DNA of 64,000 nt from Ranitomeya imitator (taxonomy: Eukaryota). Shown here piece by piece: positions 58,158 to 64,000 of this stretch (position 1 is its first letter; every line of letters starts with the position of its first letter). The stretch spans positions 150,846,001 through 150,910,000 of the forward strand of contig NC_091290.1 of the NCBI RefSeq assembly GCF_032444005.1. Direction: 5' to 3'. The notes below the pieces were generated by a model. The model did no database searches. It worked only from the letters and a program-made list of their open reading frames with translations, and was not told where the DNA came from. Position numbers and translations under genes: made by a program.

Positions 58158-60965
58158 TCACCTGGGAGGGACTACAGCACTAAGTACTGAACGGCCAAAG
58201 TCTAAATTGGCCTTACATGATAGATCAAGACGGTAATGATTATAAAAGGTGGAAGGAGATGACCATGTTGCCGCCTTACATATCACGTCTATGGAGACGT
58301 CCGTTCTCTCCGCCCAGGATGAGGCCATGGCTCGGGTGGAGTGGGCCTTGATGCCTTCTGGTGGAATTTGACCTTTGGCAGTATAGGCAAGGCATATCGC
58401 ATCTCTGATCCATCTGGCAATAGAGCCCTTTGTTACACTCGCCCCCTTCCTTGGATTCTGAAAGGAAACAAACAGAGCCCTACTCTGCCTCCAAGGTTCT
58501 GTTTTGTGCAGGTATTGTAATACTGCTCTTCTAACGTCTAGCATATGACATTTCTGCTCCTCTGCTGAAACTGGATTATCACAAAATGATGGTAAATATA
58601 TTTCTTGACTTCTATGGAATTTAGAAGCTACCTTTGGCAGATATGCTGGATCCGGTTTTAAAACTAACCTATCCTGAAAGACCATTAGATAAGGAGGGTC
58701 TACCGACAACGCTTGCATATCACTCACTCTTCTAGCAGAAGTCAAGGCCACTAGCAGAGCCGTCTTTAAAGTTAAATTTTTAATGGAGACAGAATCTAAT
58801 GGCTCAAAGGGGGGTTCTGTTAAAGCATCCAAAACCAAATTTAGATCCCATGGCGGTAATCTAACAATATGTACAGGGTTACTACGTTCCATAGCTCTCA
58901 TGAATCTAGATACCCATCTATTTCCTGCCACATTGCTATTGTATAATGCCCCCAGGGCAGAAACCTGAACTCTAAGGGTATTTACCGCCAAACCCAATTC
59001 TCGGCCTTTCTGCAAGAATTCCAGAATAGCCGGAATTGGAATTTTATCCGTAAAGGGCTGTTGATAAAAGGCAAGGAATTTTTTCCAGATTTTACAGTAA
59101 ATTTTAGTAGTGACTTCTTTCCGGCTACTTAAAAGGGTAGATATTAAAGCGTCAGAAAAACCCCTCCTTTTTAATAATTCCCTCTCAAATTCCATGCCGT
59201 CAAATGCAGAGATTCCACATTCGGATAACGAAATGGACCCTGAGAAAGGAGTTCCGGACTCACCGGCAACACCCAGGGGTCGGTCACGGACATTGCCCTG
59301 AGTAAGGAGAACCATGCCCTTCTGGGCCAGAAGGGGGCAATTAGGATTACTCTCGCCCCCTCCTTCCTGATCTTCCTGAGAACTAGAGGGATCAGACATA
59401 GTGGGGGAAATGCGTAGGCTAGAGGGAAATCCCAATGAATCTGAAGGGAGTCTACTACAGAAGGTTTGTCCGCTACCCGAAGGGATGCAAACTTCTTGGT
59501 TTGTCTGTTTTCCCTCGTAGCAAACAGATCTATAACAGGTAACCCCCAGAGACCCACTATCTGTTTGAAAACTAGCCGATTTAGGACCCACTCTCCCTGA
59601 CGCAGAGAATGACGGCTGAGGTAATCTGCCTCTATGTTGTGTTCTCCTCGTATGTGAACCGCTGAAAGAGAATGAAAATGAGCTTCGGCTATGTTGAATA
59701 TGTCTGCGGTGGTGATCATCAGAGACTTTGACCTCGTTCCTCCCTGATGGTTGAGATATGCGACCACTGTCGTGTTGTCCGACTGAACTCTTACATGCGA
59801 GCCCCGCAGGAACGGTAGCCATCTGAGCAGGGTATTTTTTACTGCCATAAGCTCTTTCCAATTTGAGGATCTTTGGGCCTCTAAGCGAGACCATTGTCCT
59901 TGAGCCCAAACCTCTCCTATGTGAGCTCCCCATCCTATTGGACTGGCATCGGTTGTGACCGTGTTGTCTGGAACTATTTCCCAATGTACCCCTTTTGCCA
60001 GATGTTCCATATTTAGCCACCATTCTAGACTCTTTAGAGTGGTGGTAGATAGCTTGAGTCTTCCGCTTAAGTGACCTTGAAGACTCCTCTCTGTATCCAG
60101 GACCTGGGCTTGCAATATCCGAGTGTGGAATTGAGCCCACTGAACAGCCGGTATGCATGATGTTAACGATCCCAATAGGGACATTGCGTCTCTTAAGGTC
60201 AGATCCGGTTTCTTTATCACAGTCCTGACTGTGTATAATCTTCTGCTTCTTTTCCTCTGGAAGAAAACACAGCTGATGTTCTGAATTTAGCAAAATACCC
60301 AGGAAAATCTGATTTGTTGATGGGTTTAGTTTTGACTTCTCTAAGTTGACCAGCCAACCTAGGTCCTGTAGGGAAGATATTATACAGTTTAGGCGATCTT
60401 TACACTGAACAAACGAATTACCCACTACTAGGAAGTCATCCAAGTAGGGTATAACTAATGTATCCTGTTCTCTGATATGAGCCATTACTTCCGCAATGAC
60501 TTTAGTAAACACTCTTGGCGCCATAGATAATCCAAATGGCATTGCCGTAAACTGAAAGTGCCTGACCTGATTGTTTAAGCACACCGCCATTCTGAGGAAC
60601 CGTTGGTGATCTTCGTGAATGGGCAGATGGTAGTACGCATCTTTTAGATCCAGGACTGTCATATAACACCTGGGAAAAAGAAGTTTAGTCGCTGATTTAA
60701 TTGATTCCATCTTAAAAGCATGGTATTGTAGGAATTTGTTCAGTTTCCGTAAATTTATGATGGTTCGAAAGGAACCATCAGGTTTGGAGATTAAAAATAA
60801 AGGGGAATAGAATCCTTCCCCCTCCTGCTCTTTTGGAACCTCTACAATAACTTCTTTCTGTCTCAGTGTCTGAATCTCTTTTTCCAGGGCCTTCTGTTGG
60901 TCTAAGGAACCAGGGGCAGTCAATATATAATAATTTGAAGGTTTTTCCCGGAACTCTAATCTCAA
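58158..60965 (-). CDS. DIRS RT fused by frameshift (near 60235) to the tyrosine recombinase frame (935 aa)
   Basis: FYSPLFL, LDLKDAYYH, PFGLSMAP, YLDD, followed by YR motifs SARRVSDM, HSTRAMA, TFYNHY. Confidence 0.85.
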   Translation of the reverse strand: MRLEFREKPSNYYILTAPGSLDQQKALEKEIQTLRQKEVIVEVPKEQEGEGFYSPLFLISKPDGSFRTIINLRKLNKFLQYHAFKMESIKSATKLLFPRCYMTVLDLKDAYYHLPIHEDHQRFLRMAVCLNNQVRHFQFTAMPFGLSMAPRVFTKVIAEVMAHIREQDTLVIPYLDDFLVVGNSFVQCKDRLNCIISSLQDLGWLVNLEKSKLNPSTNQIFLGILLNSEHQLCFLPEEKKQKIIHSQDCDKETGSDLKRRNVPIGIVNIMHTGCSVGSIPHSDIASPGPGYREESSRSLKRKTQAIYHHSKESRMVAKYGTSGKRGTLGNSSRQHGHNRCQSNRMGSSHRRGLGSRTMVSLRGPKILKLERAYGSKKYPAQMATVPAGLACKSSVGQHDSGRISQPSGRNEVKVSDDHHRRHIQHSRSSFSFSFSGSHTRRTQHRGRLPQPSFSASGRVGPKSASFQTDSGSLGVTCYRSVCYEGKQTNQEVCIPSGSGQTFCSRLPSDSLGFPSSLRISPTMSDPSSSQEDQEGGGESNPNCPLLAQKGMVLLTQGNVRDRPLGVAGESGTPFSGSISLSECGISAFDGMEFERELLKRRGFSDALISTLLSSRKEVTTKIYCKIWKKFLAFYQQPFTDKIPIPAILEFLQKGRELGLAVNTLRVQVSALGALYNSNVAGNRWVSRFMRAMERSNPVHIVRLPPWDLNLVLDALTEPPFEPLDSVSIKNLTLKTALLVALTSARRVSDMQALSVDPPYLMVFQDRLVLKPDPAYLPKVASKFHRSQEIYLPSFCDNPVSAEEQKCHMLDVRRAVLQYLHKTEPWRQSRALFVSFQNPRKGASVTKGSIARWIRDAICLAYTAKGQIPPEGIKAHSTRAMASSWAERTDVSIDVICKAATWSSPSTFYNHYRLDLSCKANLDFGRSVLSAVVPPR
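59171..60220 (-). CDS. DIRS RNase H plus adenine methyltransferase-like domain, detached from RT
   Basis: TTDASPIGWGAH, ELMAV, SDNTTVVAYLNHQGG, IDLFAT..N, YAFPP, LIAPFWPRRAWF. Confidence 0.9.
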   Translation of the reverse strand: MIKKPDLTLRDAMSLLGSLTSCIPAVQWAQFHTRILQAQVLDTERSLQGHLSGRLKLSTTTLKSLEWWLNMEHLAKGVHWEIVPDNTVTTDASPIGWGAHIGEVWAQGQWSRLEAQRSSNWKELMAVKNTLLRWLPFLRGSHVRVQSDNTTVVAYLNHQGGTRSKSLMITTADIFNIAEAHFHSLSAVHIRGEHNIEADYLSRHSLRQGEWVLNRLVFKQIVGLWGLPVIDLFATRENRQTKKFASLRVADKPSVVDSLQIHWDFPLAYAFPPLCLIPLVLRKIRKEGARVILIAPFWPRRAWFSLLRAMSVTDPWVLPVSPELLSQGPFRYPNVESLHLTAWNLRGNY

Positions 60966-61062
60966 TCCTGACCTAATTATACCCAGGATCCAATTACTGG
61001 AAGTTATCCTGGCCCACTGAGTATAGAAATGTTTTAGTCTGCCCCCTACAGGAAGATTTGAA

Positions 61063-62511
61063 TTAACGATAGTTTCGCCTACGTCTTGAGGAAGATGATG
61101 TATTGAAGTCTGAACTTCTCTTCTTCGGCTCTGGCGCCTCCCAATTTCGGGCTGAGTAGGGTCTCCGGTACGGGAAGCGTCTCTTGAAGGTATTCCTAAA
61201 GGTGGGATTGAACACTTTAGGAAAACCTCTATTCCTATCCTCAGCCTTAGCTAGGATGTCATCTAGCACCGGGCCAAATAAGTACTCACCCCTGCATGGA
61301 ATGGTACATAGTTTAGCTCTAGCCTGTGCGTCTCCTTTCCAGGTTTTAAGCCATAAAGCCCGCCGGGCAGCATTTGAAAGTCCTGCTGATCTGGCCGCCA
61401 GTTTCAAGGAATCCACCGAGGCATCCGCCAAATACGCCACACCATCCCGAATCTGGGACAGTGAATCCAGCAACTTATCACGAGGTATTTTAGTTTTAAG
61501 CTGCTCCTCCAGCTGGGCTACCCAGACCATAACTGATCTGGCTGTGCAGGTACCTGCGATTGCTGGTTTAAAAGCACCTGACGATGCTTCCCAAACTTTT
61601 TTAAGAAACATGTCTGCTTTCCTATCCGAAGGGTCTTTCAGAAGACCTACATCCTCCAGTGGTAAGGTGCCTGATTTAGATGTGGAGGCCACAGCCGCAT
61701 CCACTTTAGGTATTTTCACCCACTCTGCTAGGACTTTATCATCAAAAGGGTACCTTCTCTTTGCTGATGATGGTAGGAAACCCTTATCCTGTTTGTCCCA
61801 CTCACGCTTAATAAGGTCCTTCACAGTATCTACCACAGGAAACGATTTACGGCTTCTCTGGCACAACCCTGCAAACATTAAGTCCTGGGTTGACCTTGGC
61901 TCCTTGTTCTCTACAACCCCCATGGTTGTGCGAACTGCCTTAACCAGTACGTCCATTCCATCTACTGAAAAACAAGGTCTCCCTTCTTCGTCCGAAGAGG
62001 ACGGTGATGATGAACGTGAGCATTCACCTTCCTGCAACAACGGACTGGATCCTGGTGATACTTCCCTGGATCTCTCATGCCGACTGCTTCTAAGGGAACA
62101 ATCAATTTCCTCCCTTATAACTGCTCTGAGATCTGATGCACGAAGGGGAGCCTCTTCTTCTAAGGTCTGGCAAATACAAGTTTGGCAGAGCCTTTTCTGA
62201 TAACTATCAGGTAAGGGAACTGTACATAGGGCACATTGCCTGTGCTTAGATTTGGCTGATTTCTTTGCCTAAAACAAAGCACAATGACAGACAGACTATA
62301 TCAGCTACCAGGTGATTTTCGTCATGACACTCACCAAGGCTGAACTGCGCAGTACCGGTCTCTGAGGGGAATCCGTATGTGACGTTGAGGCACCCGCATG
62401 CTGCTGCCCCCGTACCACACTGCTGCTGCTTTTGGAGCGGCTGCTGTCGCTCTTCTTGCGCTGGTCAGGCACCTCCACCTGAAGGTGCTCTGTGTCCGCA
62501 ACCGAGGACAT
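61063..62511 (-). CDS. DIRS gag-like ORF1, predicted two exons (62511-62335 and 62268-61063)
   Basis: 66-bp GTGAGT...TTTTAG intron, phase 0, joins MSSVAD...RSSAL to AKKSAKSKHRQCALC...LCQTC; a possible upstream ATG lies at 62604. Confidence 0.75.
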
Positions 62512-63857
62512 TTCTTTGCCGCACGTTGCTCTGCAGCCTCTGCCGCTTAATACCCGCAGCCGCGCCTCCTCCCCCAGCAGTCCTACCTTCCACTTCCGGG
62601 TCATCGGTATGAAGGGACGCTGAGCGCGCTCACGCGACCCAGGGCGGCACTGCCCGACCCCTGGGATCGCATCCGTACGGCCAGACGAGGAGGGGTCTGA
62701 AAAAGAACACCCCCGACGCTGCTTCCAGAGTCCCCGATTCTGCCGTTCTCAAGGATACCGCGCAGAGGCCTGGTGGACCTGGGTAAGAGACATCCTGCAG
62801 GGTCCTACCATCCGGACAGGAACCCAAACTGGAGTGGTGAGGGGGACCGCCCCTTTAAATCCTGTAGGTTCCTGTCCAGATGGTGGGCGGATCCCCTCTC
62901 TCGTATGGGTGCTGTCGTGGCGATAGGAAAACTGTCCCCTTCCTGGCTAAAAACCATCAGCTCTCAGCCACCCCAGAAAAGGCACATCTTTAAGATGCAC
63001 CAGTTCTGGCACTTAGCGTCGTTCTTCCCACTTGCCCTGTAGCGGTGACAAGTGGGGTGATAGTTTGGGGGGAAGGGGGGTGTTGATGTCACCGTCAGAC
63101 ATCAAGCCCTGAGGTTAGTAAGAGAGGAGTCAATAAAACACCCCCATTACTAACCCAATAGTCACATTGCAAGAAAACACACCCAGCAAAAACTCATTTA
63201 CTATTCTTAATTAAACCATACTTACAGCAAGCACAGCGCGAAACGGCCGTCGTTTGCTCCTGCTCGCATGAGCTCCTTTCCTCACTCCCCCGGCCATGAA
63301 TTTTTATATGAAGATTGAATAAAGATTGCCAACTTTTAGATCGGTGAGTGCCTTCCTTTTTTCTTGCCTGCACTAAGCCATACTTACCACCTCACCCATT
63401 CCCCCGATGCCTGTGTCATCTGCAAAAGAGTATTCCTCCTTGTGCTCAGTGTCTGACCTGCTATTCCCTGACTGAGGGCACCGCGAGCGTGGGTAAGTTC
63501 TCCTGCTCGCGGTGCCATCTGACAGGTCCCGGGATTTTACAGCCAATGAACTCACTTCACCTTTCTGACGTCATGTGAGCGCCGTGGAAAATTTCCCACG
63601 GTGCTCGTCACATAGGTGGTGAATTTTCAGCAGTTTTTGTGATTTTAGGATTTTTTTTTTCCTATTCTGTAAAATGTGAACACAGAGGAAGATTCCCGAT
63701 CCCACAAGAAGCTGCAGACGTGAAGATCACAGATTATCCATCAATATTACACTATGCCGCAAGCACTCAGTACAGTGGATTCAGCCAGATCAGACCCACC
63801 GGAGCCCAGGATCCCTGCAGCAACAGATCTACAAGAACAAGGAGAATGTAGTGATGT

Positions 63858-63950
63858 CACCCGCAGTCCTATGTAACACCACAGATAACAGTGATGCATC
63901 TCCGAGTACATATAATGTCTATGGTGTTACATGGGACTGCAGGGGACATG
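63858..63950. mobile_element. Short foldback element, same family as 8631-8727
   Basis: GCAGTCCTATGTAACACCA...TGGTGTTACATGGGACTGC. Confidence 0.7.
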
Positions 63951-64000
63951 TACTTCAATGCTGACTACAGACAATGTAGTAGAGGTCACCTGCAGTCCTA

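Larger units (their letters stand above)
57773..62931 (-). mobile_element. DIRS1-type tyrosine-recombinase retrotransposon, full length
   Basis: Inverted terminal repeats (about 57808-57903 versus 62820-62920) and an internal complementary region (about 58058-58145) joining both termini; gag, RT/RNase H/MTase and YR all present. Confidence 0.95.

Noticed and set aside
61184-62200. 338-aa plus-strand ORF
   Set aside because: Antisense shadow of DIRS gag.
63235-63350. GAAACGGCCGTC hammerhead half followed by AATAAA
   Set aside because: The CTGAnGA half is missing; probably a truncated PLE end and not callable.

Overview
Repeat-rich eukaryotic (vertebrate, most likely anuran amphibian; inference from gene and repeat content) genomic DNA; nothing prokaryotic. 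Host genes: (i) the last six coding exons of an intact meckelin/TMEM67-like gene (+, 3878-7401); (ii) an intact FOXF1 terminal exon and 3'UTR (+, 9630-9784) whose forkhead-encoding exon 1 is absent from the 2.2 kb upstream; (iii) four exons of MTHFSD (-, 42255-44277), convergent with FOXF1 as in mammals, each carrying lesions (pseudogene). The rest is tandem repeats (55, 39, 19, 68, 23-25, 37/38 and 21/29 bp units) and mobile DNA: a near-intact Penelope-like element with a minimal hammerhead ribozyme; a complete DIRS element with ITR/ICR and a predicted intron in gag; a decayed Polinton/Maverick (pPolB plus packaging ATPase); a decayed hAT transposase; hAT, piggyBac-like, Harbinger-like and T2-like MITEs, including a triple self-nested piggyBac-like stack; and an unusual foldback array of about 19 tRNA-derived SINE heads (16524-30693) into which a hAT element and the Penelope element later inserted. 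Most long ORFs in the supplied track are translations of tandem repeats.
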